The notes beneath the pieces were generated by a model, which saw only the letters and a list, made by a program, of their open reading frames with translations, was not told the DNA's origin and made no database searches. Both the position numbers and the translations under genes were made by a program. Of a stretch of DNA of 64,000 nucleotides, positions 54,323 through 63,814 are shown in pieces. The stretch comes from Elusimicrobiota bacterium. GTDB lineage: Bacteria; Elusimicrobiota; Elusimicrobia; UBA1565; UBA9628. Each line of letters starts with the position of its first letter. The first letter of the stretch is position 1. The stretch lies in NCBI GenBank assembly GCA_016191335.1, contig JACPOW010000051.1, positions 12,162-76,161 of the forward strand, in the 5' to 3' direction.

Positions 54323-55188
54323 GCGCCTCGCTCCTCCTGGCCCTCGCCCTCTCCGCCTGGGCCGCCCCGTCCAAGTCCGAGCTCTCTCAGGACATGACCA
54401 TCAAGGCCCGCGCCGCCGGGGGCGCCGGCGTCCAGGTGGCGCCGCCCACCGCGTCGAAGCCCGTCATCGACGAGGTCCTGCGCTCGCTCTCGCTCGGGCG
54501 CGGCGCCAAGGCCCCCGCGGCCGAGCGCATCCGCACCGGCGGCGACGTCGCCCGCTTCCAGCGCCCGTTCCCGGAGCCGCCCTTCCTCGCGCTGTCGCCC
54601 GCGAACATCGTCGCCGTCTACGACGAGTGGAGCTTCGAGGTGCTCGACAACGAAGGGGACATCGTCTGGAAGTCGGACGGCGTGGGCATGCTCAACGAGA
54701 AGGTGGACTGGGACGGGGGCGGGCCCGACGGGCGGCTGGCCGTCGTCGCCGGACGCTCGTACCATTACCGGTTCACGGGACGGCGCGCCGGCCGCGCGTT
54801 CGTCGTGGAGAGCGACCCGGTGCCGCTCAAGTCGTTCACGCACCGCGAGTACGCGGGCGAGACGCGCCTCGAGGCCGACCTCGCGCTCATCTTCGAGGAC
54901 GGCAAGGCCGAGTTCACGAAGGACGCCGGGACCTGGATCGACGCGTTCGCCAGCCGCCTGCGCCTGGGCGAGCCGCGCGCCGACGGGAACTACAAGCTGG
55001 AGCTGGCCGCCAAGGAGGTCCGCGCCAAGCTGACCCAGGCGCGCGCCAAGGCGCTGGGCCGCCGCCTGGCGAAGTCCCTGCTCGTGGCGCCCGAGCGCGT
55101 CGTCGTCGGCCTCATGCCCGCGATGCGCGGCGAGGCAGTCTCCGCCTTCCTGCCGCCCTCGAAGGGCCCGGCGCTGCGCGTCGAGTAG
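54319..55188 (+). CDS. secreted hypothetical protein (FlgD-Ig-like segment possible)
   Basis: Signal peptide MSASLLLALALSAWAAP. WSFEVLDNEGDIVWK...VDWDGGGPDG...YHYRF pattern. ATGA-coupled to exbD2. Confidence 0.55.
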   Translation: MSASLLLALALSAWAAPSKSELSQDMTIKARAAGGAGVQVAPPTASKPVIDEVLRSLSLGRGAKAPAAERIRTGGDVARFQRPFPEPPFLALSPANIVAVYDEWSFEVLDNEGDIVWKSDGVGMLNEKVDWDGGGPDGRLAVVAGRSYHYRFTGRRAGRAFVVESDPVPLKSFTHREYAGETRLEADLALIFEDGKAEFTKDAGTWIDAFASRLRLGEPRADGNYKLELAAKEVRAKLTQARAKALGRRLAKSLLVAPERVVVGLMPAMRGEAVSAFLPPSKGPALRVE

Positions 55189-56436
55189 CTACTGCCGCGC
55201 GCCGTAAGGCGTGGGCGAGTTCCAGGGCGCGAACACCGGCAGCAGGAGCATCGCCGGTATGCCCGCCGCGATGGTGAGGAGGAAGAAGTTGGGCCAGCCC
55301 GTCGCCTCGGCGATCTTGCCGGCGGGAGCCACGAGCACGTCGCGGCTGAAGGCCATCAGGCTCGTCATGAGCGCGTACTGCGTGGCCGAGAAGCGCGGGC
55401 TGCACAGGCTCATGAAGAAGGCGCCGAAGCCGGCGACGACGAGCCCGGCGCAGAAGTTCTCCACGATGATGACGGCCACCATGACGGTGTAACGCGGGTC
55501 GAGCGAGAGGATGTAGTAGCCGATGTTGCTGGCGAGCTGGAGCACGCCGAACACCCACAGGCAGCGGTTGATGCCGAGGCGGTTGATGAGCCCGCCGCCG
55601 CACAGCGCGCCGACGATGGTCGCCAGGAGGCCGACGCCGCCCTGGATGGCGCCCACGTCGGTCTGGGAGAAGCCCGACTTGAGGAGGAAGGGCGTGGCCA
55701 TGTTGCCGGCCATGGAGTCGGCGAGGCGGTACAAAGTGATGAAGACGAGGATGACGACGGCGCGCCACTTGGAGCGGGCGAAGAAGTCTCGGAAGGGCTC
55801 GACGATCGCGTCGGTCATCGTCTCCGGGACGCGGTCGATGGGCGGCGGCTCCGGCGACCACACCGTGGCGGCCACGCCGAGGAGCATCAGCCCCGCCATC
55901 ACGAGGTACACCGAGTTCCAGGTCATGCGGTCGGCGAGGATGAGGGCGGCCGAGCCGGTGATGAGCAAAGCCGCGCGGTAGCCGACGACATAGACGGCGG
56001 TACCGGCGCCCGCTTCCAAGGGCTCCAGCACGTCCACTCGATACGCGTCGATGGCGATGTCCTGGGTGGCGCTCAGGAAGGCGACGCCGAGCGCGGTGAA
56101 GGCGAAGGCCAGGACCGCGGTGCGCGGGTTGCCGAAGGCCAGGGCCGCGATGGCGAGGGCGAGCAAGGCCTGGGTGATGGCCATCCAGCCGCGGCGGCGG
56201 CCGAGGAAGGGGGGGCAGTAGCGGTCGATGAACGGGGCCCACAGGAACTTCGTCGAATAGGGAAGGCCGACGAGGCTGAACAGGCCGATGGTGGTGAGGT
56301 CCACCTTCTCGGCGGTCATCCACGCCTGCATCGTCCGGCTGGTGAGGAATAAGGGAAGCCCGCCCGCGAAGCCGAGCAGGCCGATGGCGGCCATCTTGCG
56401 CTGGGTGAAGACCCGAAGTCCTTCGGTTTGGCTCAT
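55189..56436 (-). CDS. ampG: AmpG-family MFS muropeptide permease
   Basis: GLLGFAGGLPLFLTSRTMQAWM...LPYSTKFLWAPFIDRY N-terminal signature, about 12 TM. TATACT + 6 nt before the ATG. Confidence 0.85.
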   Translation of the reverse strand: MSQTEGLRVFTQRKMAAIGLLGFAGGLPLFLTSRTMQAWMTAEKVDLTTIGLFSLVGLPYSTKFLWAPFIDRYCPPFLGRRRGWMAITQALLALAIAALAFGNPRTAVLAFAFTALGVAFLSATQDIAIDAYRVDVLEPLEAGAGTAVYVVGYRAALLITGSAALILADRMTWNSVYLVMAGLMLLGVAATVWSPEPPPIDRVPETMTDAIVEPFRDFFARSKWRAVVILVFITLYRLADSMAGNMATPFLLKSGFSQTDVGAIQGGVGLLATIVGALCGGGLINRLGINRCLWVFGVLQLASNIGYYILSLDPRYTVMVAVIIVENFCAGLVVAGFGAFFMSLCSPRFSATQYALMTSLMAFSRDVLVAPAGKIAEATGWPNFFLLTIAAGIPAMLLLPVFAPWNSPTPYGARQ

Positions 56437-56477
56437 GCCCGCAGTATATAACTTGAATTTGGTAAAATCAGAGAATA

Positions 56478-57941
56478 ATGTCCTTGAAAAGCTCGTCTCA
56501 CCCGATCACCCTCATCCCCGGCGACGGCATCGGACCAGAAGTCGTCGCCGCCGTCCAGGCCGTCCTCGCCGCCGCCGAAGTCGGCATCACCTGGGAGGTC
56601 CGCCACGCGGGCGCCCGCGTCTTCAAGAACGGCGTCGCCTCCGGCGTCCTGCCCGACACCGTCGAGTCCATCCGCCGCACCCGCTGCGCGCTCAAAGGCC
56701 CGCTCGAGACGCCGGTCGGCTTCGGCGAGAAGAGCGCCAACGTGACTTTGCGTAAGTTCTTCGAGACCTACGGCAACATCCGGCCGGTGCGCGAGCTGCC
56801 CGGCATCCGCACGCCCTACTCGGGACGCGGCATCGATTTCGTGGTGGTCAGAGAAAACGTCGAGGACTTGTACGCCGGCATCGAGTACATGCAGACGCCC
56901 GGCGTGGCGCAGGGATTGAAGATCATCACTCGGAAAGGATCGGAAAAGATTTGTCGTCTGGCATTCGAGCTGGCGCGAGCGGAACACCGCAAGAAAGTCA
57001 CGTGCGCCACAAAGGCAAATATTTTGAAGTTCACGGAAGGGCTGTTCAAGCGTGTGTTCGAGGACGTCTCAAAAGACTATCCAGAAATACATGCAGAGCA
57101 TCAGATCGTCGACAACTGCGCCCACCAGCTCGTGATGCGCCCCGAGCAGTTCGACGTGCTCGTGATGACGAACATGAACGGCGACATCCTATCCGACCTC
57201 GCCTCGGCCCTGATCGGCGGCCTCGGCTTCGCCCCGTCGGCGAATCTGGGGGATGGAGCTTCTATTTTCGAAGCGGTCCACGGCTCCGCGCCGCAGATCG
57301 CGGGCAAGGACATGGCCAACCCGACGGCGATCCTGCACAGCTCGGTGCTGATGCTGCGCCACCTCGGCGAGATGAAGGCCGCCGACACGGTGGAGAACGC
57401 CTTGCTCGTGACGCTCGAAGAGGGCAAGGTCCTCACCGCCGACATGGCGGGCGGGGGGAAGGAACCCTCGGGGACGAAGGCCTTCACCGCCGAGGTGATC
57501 AAGAACCTCGGCTCCGCGCCCAAGTCCTTCCCGCGCCGCGAGTACCAGAAGATCAAGATGCCCAAGGTCACCCGCGACGCGGTCATGGTCACGGCCAAGG
57601 ACACGCGGCCGATGGGCGTCGACATCTTCGTGGCCACCGCCATCGACCCGGCCGTGCTCGGCCCCTCGATCGAGAAGGTCCTCACGGGCCTGCCCGTGCG
57701 CCTGGCGCAGATCTCCAGCCGCGGCACCAAGGTGTATCCCAACACCCACGACATCGAGTCGGACCCCGTGGACTGCGCGCGCCTGCGCTTCAAGGTCTCC
57801 ACGCACGGCGAGACCTTGGACGACAAGGACATCGCCGAGTTGCTCCTGCGCGTCGGCTCCCAGGTGCTCTGGGTGCACGTCGAAAAGCTGTTCAAGTACG
57901 ACGACCAGCCCGGCTTCACCAAGGACCAGGGCGAGGATTAA
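56478..57941 (+). CDS. isocitrate/isopropylmalate dehydrogenase family (NAD-IDH-like) with C-terminal extension
   Basis: LIPGDGIGPEV, VVVRENVEDLYAGIE and NMNGDILSD...GG(L)GFAPSANLG motifs. About 135 extra C-terminal residues. Confidence 0.85.
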   Translation: MSLKSSSHPITLIPGDGIGPEVVAAVQAVLAAAEVGITWEVRHAGARVFKNGVASGVLPDTVESIRRTRCALKGPLETPVGFGEKSANVTLRKFFETYGNIRPVRELPGIRTPYSGRGIDFVVVRENVEDLYAGIEYMQTPGVAQGLKIITRKGSEKICRLAFELARAEHRKKVTCATKANILKFTEGLFKRVFEDVSKDYPEIHAEHQIVDNCAHQLVMRPEQFDVLVMTNMNGDILSDLASALIGGLGFAPSANLGDGASIFEAVHGSAPQIAGKDMANPTAILHSSVLMLRHLGEMKAADTVENALLVTLEEGKVLTADMAGGGKEPSGTKAFTAEVIKNLGSAPKSFPRREYQKIKMPKVTRDAVMVTAKDTRPMGVDIFVATAIDPAVLGPSIEKVLTGLPVRLAQISSRGTKVYPNTHDIESDPVDCARLRFKVSTHGETLDDKDIAELLLRVGSQVLWVHVEKLFKYDDQPGFTKDQGED

Positions 57942-58029
57942 ATAGCTCTGTATTTCATGTAGTTTTTTTGACCGTCCCGTGACGCTCGGGACGGGGGGAT
58001 CTTGGCCAATCCGTTGCGTAAGTAAGGCC

Positions 58030-59757
58030 GTGACTACCAAATCCCCGAAGCGCGCGTCCACGCCGGTCCCGTCTCACGCGAACGGATTCGTTGCCAGCCG
58101 CTCCGCGAAAGCCGACACCTCCCACCACCCGGGCCGCACCGGGATCGATCTCCTGCACGACCCCCTGTACAACAAGGGGACGGCGTTCACCTACAAGGAG
58201 CGCCAGAAGCTCGGCCTGCTCGGCCTGCTCCCGCCCCGCGTCTCCACCTTGAAGGCCCAGGCGACGCGCGTCATCGCCAACGTGCGCAAGCGCGTCACCG
58301 ACCTCGAGAAGTACGTGGACATGCTCTCCCTGCTCGACCGCAACGAGACCCTCTACTACCGCGTCGTCACCGACAACATCGAGGAGATCATGCCGCTGAT
58401 CTACACCCCGACCGTCGGCAAGGGCTGCCAGCTGTACGCCCACCTCTTCCGCCGCTCGCGCGGCCTGTTCATCACCAAGTACGAGAAGGGCCACATCAAG
58501 GAGGTCCTCCAGAACTGGCCCCGCAAGGACGTGCGCGTCATCGTCGTCACCGACGGCCAGCGCATCCTGGGCCTCGGCGACCTCGGCGCCAGCGGCATGG
58601 GCATCCCGGTCGGCAAGCTCGCGCTGTACACGGCCTGCGGCGGCATCCCGCCCGGCCAGACTTTGCCCATCACGCTCGACGTGGGCACGAACAACCCGGC
58701 CTTGCTCGAGGATCCGCTGTACCTCGGCCTGCCCGAGAAGCGCATCGAGGGCAAGGAGTACGACGACTTGGTCCAGGAGTTCGTCGAGGCCGTGCAGGAG
58801 GTCTTCCCGAAGGCCCTTCTTCAGTTCGAGGACTTCGCCAACCACAACGCGTTCCGCCTGCTCGAGAAATATCGCGACGAGATCTGCACCTTCAACGACG
58901 ACATCCAGGGCACCGCGTCGGTCACCCTCGCCGGCCTCTACTCGGCGGGCCGCATCACGAAGCGCAAGCTCACCGACGAGGTCATCCTGTTCCACGGCGC
59001 CGGAGAGGCGGCCATCGGCATCGGCGACCTCGTCGTCGGCGCGATGATGGCCGAAGGCCTGACCAAGGAGCAGGCGAAGGCCCGCTGCTGGTTCATGGAC
59101 TCCAAGTCGCTCGTCGACGCCAGCCGCACCGACCTGCAGCACCACAAGCTGCCCTACGCCCACAAGCATAACCACGGGCCGGTGCCGAACCTGCTCGCCG
59201 CCGTCAAGGCGATCAAGCCCACCGCGCTCATCGGCGTCTCGGGCATGGCCCAGCAGTTCACGAAGGAGATCATCGAGGAGATGGCGCGGCTCAACAAGCG
59301 CCCGCTGATCTTCGCGCTGTCGAACCCGACCTCCAACGCGGAGTGCTCCGCCGAGCAGGCCTACAGCCTGTCCGACGGCCGGGCGATCTTCTGCAGCGGC
59401 AGTCCGTTCCCGACCTACGTCTACAAGGGCCAGACCTTCGTCCCCGGCCAGGGCAACAACGCCTACATCTTCCCCGGCGTCGGCCTGGGAGTGGTGGCGG
59501 TCGGCTCCAAGCGCGTCACCGACGAGATGTTCGCCGAGGCCGCGCGGGCGCTGGCGCTGCTCGTCACCGAGGAGGACCTGAAGCAGGGCGCGCTGTTCCC
59601 GCCGCTGACCAAGATCCGCGAGATCTCGGCCCGCATCGCCGAGGCCGTCGCCGAGGTGTGCTACAAGCGCAAGCTCGCCACGGTGCCGCGCCCGAAAGAC
59701 CTGCGCAAGACCATCCTCGACATGCAGTATCAGCCCGAATACAAGGAATACGTCTAA
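58030..59757 (+). CDS. NAD(P)-dependent malic enzyme (large, oxaloacetate-decarboxylating type)
   Basis: LLHDPLYNKGTAFTYKERQKLGLLGLLPP, PLIYTPTVG, VVTDGQRILGLGDLG and FNDDIQGTA motifs. The start is uncertain (GTG 58030 versus GTG 57979). Confidence 0.88.
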   Translation: MTTKSPKRASTPVPSHANGFVASRSAKADTSHHPGRTGIDLLHDPLYNKGTAFTYKERQKLGLLGLLPPRVSTLKAQATRVIANVRKRVTDLEKYVDMLSLLDRNETLYYRVVTDNIEEIMPLIYTPTVGKGCQLYAHLFRRSRGLFITKYEKGHIKEVLQNWPRKDVRVIVVTDGQRILGLGDLGASGMGIPVGKLALYTACGGIPPGQTLPITLDVGTNNPALLEDPLYLGLPEKRIEGKEYDDLVQEFVEAVQEVFPKALLQFEDFANHNAFRLLEKYRDEICTFNDDIQGTASVTLAGLYSAGRITKRKLTDEVILFHGAGEAAIGIGDLVVGAMMAEGLTKEQAKARCWFMDSKSLVDASRTDLQHHKLPYAHKHNHGPVPNLLAAVKAIKPTALIGVSGMAQQFTKEIIEEMARLNKRPLIFALSNPTSNAECSAEQAYSLSDGRAIFCSGSPFPTYVYKGQTFVPGQGNNAYIFPGVGLGVVAVGSKRVTDEMFAEAARALALLVTEEDLKQGALFPPLTKIREISARIAEAVAEVCYKRKLATVPRPKDLRKTILDMQYQPEYKEYV

Positions 59758-59770
59758 AATGGAGAACAAC

Positions 59771-61162
59771 ATGAGCTCTGTCGGCACCCCTCAACGACCC
59801 CTGTGCGTCGCGATCATCGGAGCCGGACCCTCCGGCTTCTACGCGGCGGAAGCGCTGCTCAAGGCCCCGGGCCTGACCGTCCGGATCGACCTCTATGACC
59901 GCCTGCCCACCCCGTTCGGGCTGGTGCGCGGAGGCGTGGCCCCGGACCATCAGAAGATCAAGTCCGTGACCGCGGTGTACGAGAAGGTCGCCATGGACCC
60001 GCGCCTGCGCTTCTTCGGCGGGGTGCGCCTGGGCACCGACATCAAGATCGAGGACCTGCGCGCGCGCTACGACCAGATCGTCTACGCGGTCGGCTGCGAG
60101 AGCGACCGGAAGATGGGCATCCCGGGCGAGGACCTGGGCGGCTCCTTCTCGGCGACGGAGTTCGTGGGCTGGTACAACGGCCACCCGGACCACCGGCACC
60201 GGACCTTCGACCTGTCCTGCGAGAACGTCGCGGTCGTCGGCATCGGCAACGTCGCGATGGACGTGACCCGCCTGCTGGCCTGCGATCCCGAGCGGCTCGC
60301 CAAGACCGACATCGCGGACTACGCCCTGGAGGCCCTGCGCAAGAGCAAGGTCAAGACCGTGTGGCTGCTCGGCCGCCGCGGGCCCGCGGAAGCCGCCTAC
60401 TCGCCCGTCGAGATCGAGGAGTTCGGCAAGCTCGAGGGCTGCGACCTCGTCCTCAAGCCCGAGGAGACCGTCGTGACCGAGGTCTCGCACCTCGACACCG
60501 CCGACGCCAACGACAAGAAGAAGGTCGCCTACGTCCAGGAGCACGCGAAGAAGGGCGAGGGCACCCAGTCCCGCAAGATCCGCCTGCGCTTCTGCGTCTC
60601 TCCCGTCGAGCTGATCGGCGAGGGCGGCAAGCTCAAGTCCGTGAAGCTCGAGAAGAACAAGCTCGTCGACGACGGCAAGGGCGGCGCGAAGTGCGTCGGG
60701 ATCAAGGAGTACGAGACGATCCCCGCCGGCCTGGTCCTGCGCTCCGTCGGCTACCGCGGCATCCCGATCCCCGGGGTCGCGTTCGACGAGAAGTCGGGCC
60801 ACATCCCGCACGCGGACGGCCGCGTCGTCGTCGCGGGCGCCCACCTGCCGGGCGAGTACGTCGTGGGCTGGGCCAAGCGGGGCCCGTCGGGCCTCATCGG
60901 GACCAACCGCGCGGACTCGGTGCTGACCGTGCAGTCGATGCTCGCGGACCTGAAGGACGGCAAGCTGCCCTCCGGGCCCATCGACGTCGCGCCGGAATCG
61001 GCGACGAAGCTCCTGTCGTCGCGCGGGGTCTCGGTGGTCAACTACCAGCAGTGGAAGAAGATCGACGAGCTGGAGCGCAGCCGCGGCGCCAAGCAGGGCA
61101 AGATCCGGGAGAAGTTCACCAAGATCGAGGACATGGTCGCCGCTCTCAGCGTCGCCGCGTAA
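59771..61162 (+). CDS. FprA/adrenodoxin-reductase-like NADPH:ferredoxin reductase
   Basis: VAIIGAGPSGFYAAEAL, LPTPFGLVRGGVAPDH and VAVVGIGNVAMDV motifs. GGAG lies 6 nt upstream of ATG 59771. Confidence 0.82.
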   Translation: MSSVGTPQRPLCVAIIGAGPSGFYAAEALLKAPGLTVRIDLYDRLPTPFGLVRGGVAPDHQKIKSVTAVYEKVAMDPRLRFFGGVRLGTDIKIEDLRARYDQIVYAVGCESDRKMGIPGEDLGGSFSATEFVGWYNGHPDHRHRTFDLSCENVAVVGIGNVAMDVTRLLACDPERLAKTDIADYALEALRKSKVKTVWLLGRRGPAEAAYSPVEIEEFGKLEGCDLVLKPEETVVTEVSHLDTADANDKKKVAYVQEHAKKGEGTQSRKIRLRFCVSPVELIGEGGKLKSVKLEKNKLVDDGKGGAKCVGIKEYETIPAGLVLRSVGYRGIPIPGVAFDEKSGHIPHADGRVVVAGAHLPGEYVVGWAKRGPSGLIGTNRADSVLTVQSMLADLKDGKLPSGPIDVAPESATKLLSSRGVSVVNYQQWKKIDELERSRGAKQGKIREKFTKIEDMVAALSVAA

Positions 61163-61176
61163 GCGTAGAACGCAAA

Positions 61177-61218
61177 GAAGGGCAACGGCATCGGCGTGCC
61201 GTTGCCCTTCTTCTTTTT
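61177..61218. terminator. rho-independent terminator between convergent genes
   Basis: 14-bp stem gaagggcaacggca/tgccgttgcccttc with a 6-nt loop, followed by ttcttttt. Confidence 0.85.
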
Positions 61219-61222
61219 GTCC

Positions 61223-63814
61223 TTAAGGCTCGGCGCGGACGCGGTCCACGAGCTCGCGGACGCCGGCGTAGTTCGCCTCGGCGTCGGGGCCGGACGCGTC
61301 GGTCTCGAGGACCTTCACGGTCTTGCGGAAGTGCTCGAGGACGGGGGCGGTCTCCTCGCGGTAGATCTCCATGCGGCGCGCGAACACCTCTGGGCTGTCG
61401 TCCATGCGGCCGCGGGCGGCGATGCGGCGCTGGAGCTCGGAGACGGGCGTCTTGAGGTTGACCAGAGCGTCTATCGTGTTGCCTTCCTTCATCCAGGACT
61501 CGATGACGCCGATCTCCTCGGGCCGGCGGGGGAAGCCGTCGAGGACGAAGCCGCTGGCCTGAACGTCGGGGCGGGAGAGGCGTTCTAAAACGACGCCGCG
61601 CACCAGCGCCGAGTCCACCAGCTCGCCCTTGGACATCTCGGCCGCGAGCGCCGGGTCGGCGGCGGCCTTGGCGCGGAGCAGCTCGCCGACGGAGATGTGG
61701 ATCATCCCGTAGTCGCGGGCCATCCTCTTCCCGTAGGTGGTCTTGCCCGAGCCGGGGGGACCCGTGATGAGGATGCGCATCGGCCGGGAGTTCTGGTCGG
61801 CGAGCAGAGAAGAGCGGATGCCCTCGAGGAAGCGGGCGGTCAGCGCCGGGTTCTCGCCGTTGGCGGCCCACTCGGCGGCCAGGACGTCGCCGTAGGTGTC
61901 GGCGAGCTTCCCGATCTCCTCGGAGCCGATCAGGTTCACGACGAAGTCGGCGCGGCGCTTGAGGGGGAGGATGAACTCCTTCTCGTCCTGCAGGATGACG
62001 GGCCAGCGCTTCAGATTGGTCTCGGCCGAGATGCCCCGCTCCAGGCGGTCCCGGCGCAGGCGGCGGGCCAGGCGGATGACGGCGGGGGCGTCGAGGTACA
62101 CGTTAAGGGTCTTCGCGCCCTCGGCCGCCTTGATGAGCTTGTCGTGCGAGGCGTAGATCGAGTCCACGATCAGGACCTCGTCGGCGCCGAGCGTCAGGTA
62201 CTCGCCGCTGTCGAAGCGCGTGGTCTGCGTGGCCATGTCGTTGAGCGGCAGCTCGACCTTGCCGCCGGCGAGCAAGGTCCGGATGTCGTCGGCCACGCGG
62301 TCGAGATACAAGGATTCCGGCCGGTCGAAGTCGGGCTGGCCGTCGGGGCCGACGGGCACCTCCGCCTTGGGCTTGAAGTAGCGGTCCACGGGGAAGACCT
62401 TGATGCGCTCGCCGAGCGTGGTCTTCAGGCCCTCGGCCAGAGTGGACTTGCCGGCGGCGGTCGGGGCCTCCAGGAACACGACGCTGCGGCCGGGGAGGCT
62501 GCGGGCGGCCTCGAGGGCCTTCGCCATGGCCTTGCCGCCGTCGGTGGCGGCGTGGCGGGAGAGGCGGGCGGTCAGCAGGGGGGCGATCAGGGCCTTCGCC
62601 TTGGCCTTGAGGGCGGCGTCGGCCGTCGCGGGGGCGGCGGCCTTGCCGGGCATCAGGCGGTCGACGAGGCGGACCAGCGGGCCGATCAAAGAGTTGGTGG
62701 CCTTCGGCGCGTAGATCTGGGAGAGGACGATGGTCGCGGTGAGGATGCCGATGGCGGCATTGACGGCCCAGCGGATGTCGCCGCCCATCACGGCCGCGTA
62801 GAGGTGCAGGAGGCTGCCCGCCACGACGAGGGCGGGGTACGCCGGGGCGATGCCCTGGGGCGCGCGGCCCTCCTTCTCGAAGATCTTGAAGTTCTGGCGG
62901 ATCTGGGGCCAGTTCAGCACCCACAGCAGGCCCATCGCCGCGGTGAAGGAGGCGGTCAGCCAGGCCGACAGCGGCATGAAGATCGCGCCCGCGATCAGGG
63001 GCAGGGGCGCCAGCACCGCCAAGGCGGTCAGCGCGGTGGCCTTGAGCTCCTTGCGGTCGCGCTTGTGCCAGTTGATCTGGCCGACGACGACGCCGCTCTC
63101 GACGACGCCGGCGACGTTGGCGAGGTTCCACCAGAGGCTCGCGCCGGAGCCGATGGACACGACGGACAGCAAGGTGGCGGCGGCGAACCAGATCAGGGGG
63201 CTCGCGATGGCCAGGTCCTTGACGCTGTCCTTGCCGCCCTTGAAGTTCTTCCAGATCTGGGGGAGGCCGATGACGCTCAGCGCGATGCTGCCCGCCGCGG
63301 CGACGACGCCCACGTTCGCGGCGAGGATCGGGCCGATGGCGGCCAGCGCGCCGACGCCCGCGAAGGCCGCGGCGCGGACGAGCGGGCGGTGCCAGAAGGG
63401 CTTGGCCGGGGCGGGAGCGGGGGTCTTCGCCGCGGGCGTCTCGACGGGGAGAGGCGCGTCGTTCTTCGCGGCGGCGACGGGAGCGAACCGGAACAACGAG
63501 CGGCGCGAGGCAGCGGCGGGGGCCCGGACGGGGTCCGCCAAGGTGCCCTTGGAGCCCTCGATCAAGGCCTCGGGATACAGGGCGGCGAAGGACTCGGCGC
63601 CGGCGCGGCTCGAGTCCTCGACGGGGGCGTCGCGGCGGACGGTCGCCATCGCGCCGTCCTTGGAGGCGGCGCTCAGGGCGGCGGCCTGGAGGGCGGGGGC
63701 GGCGGCGACGGGCCGGGCGAGAGCGGCGGCCGCGGCGCGGGCGGGCGCGGGGAGCGCGCCCCGGAGGGCCGGGGCGGCCATCACGGCCGAAGGCGTCAGC
63801 GCGGCCGGGCTCAT
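61223..63814 (-). CDS. fusion protein: Ala/Pro-rich N-terminus, PQ-loop-like 7-TM domain, uridine-kinase/PRK-like P-loop domain, adenylate-kinase domain
   Basis: Two PQ motifs (GLPQIWKNFKGG; NWPQIRQNFKIF) in a multi-TM region. P-loop EAPTAAGKSTLAEGL...VFPVDRYF (about 61781-62485). C-terminal Adk-like MRILITGPPGSGKTT...VLDGFPRR (61223-61780). All are in one frame with no stop. The frame stays open upstream to the window edge (64000), so the 5' end is unresolved. Confidence 0.65.
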   Translation of the reverse strand: MSPAALTPSAVMAAPALRGALPAPARAAAAALARPVAAAPALQAAALSAASKDGAMATVRRDAPVEDSSRAGAESFAALYPEALIEGSKGTLADPVRAPAAASRRSLFRFAPVAAAKNDAPLPVETPAAKTPAPAPAKPFWHRPLVRAAAFAGVGALAAIGPILAANVGVVAAAGSIALSVIGLPQIWKNFKGGKDSVKDLAIASPLIWFAAATLLSVVSIGSGASLWWNLANVAGVVESGVVVGQINWHKRDRKELKATALTALAVLAPLPLIAGAIFMPLSAWLTASFTAAMGLLWVLNWPQIRQNFKIFEKEGRAPQGIAPAYPALVVAGSLLHLYAAVMGGDIRWAVNAAIGILTATIVLSQIYAPKATNSLIGPLVRLVDRLMPGKAAAPATADAALKAKAKALIAPLLTARLSRHAATDGGKAMAKALEAARSLPGRSVVFLEAPTAAGKSTLAEGLKTTLGERIKVFPVDRYFKPKAEVPVGPDGQPDFDRPESLYLDRVADDIRTLLAGGKVELPLNDMATQTTRFDSGEYLTLGADEVLIVDSIYASHDKLIKAAEGAKTLNVYLDAPAVIRLARRLRRDRLERGISAETNLKRWPVILQDEKEFILPLKRRADFVVNLIGSEEIGKLADTYGDVLAAEWAANGENPALTARFLEGIRSSLLADQNSRPMRILITGPPGSGKTTYGKRMARDYGMIHISVGELLRAKAAADPALAAEMSKGELVDSALVRGVVLERLSRPDVQASGFVLDGFPRRPEEIGVIESWMKEGNTIDALVNLKTPVSELQRRIAARGRMDDSPEVFARRMEIYREETAPVLEHFRKTVKVLETDASGPDAEANYAGVRELVDRVRAEP

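Noticed and set aside
57975-57995. Hairpin cgtcccg-tgacgct-cgggacg downstream of icd as a terminator
   Set aside because: The stem is short (7 bp). The T-run precedes rather than follows it on the + strand, and the region may lie inside the malic-enzyme ORF if GTG 57979 is used. Support is insufficient.
61223-61780. Stand-alone adk gene
   Set aside because: The Adk-like region begins with a typical MRILITGPPGSGKTT. However, the frame is open upstream with no stop, SD or -10-like hexamer, and the upstream sequence has clear kinase and membrane-domain features. It is annotated as part of a fusion. Internal initiation cannot be excluded.
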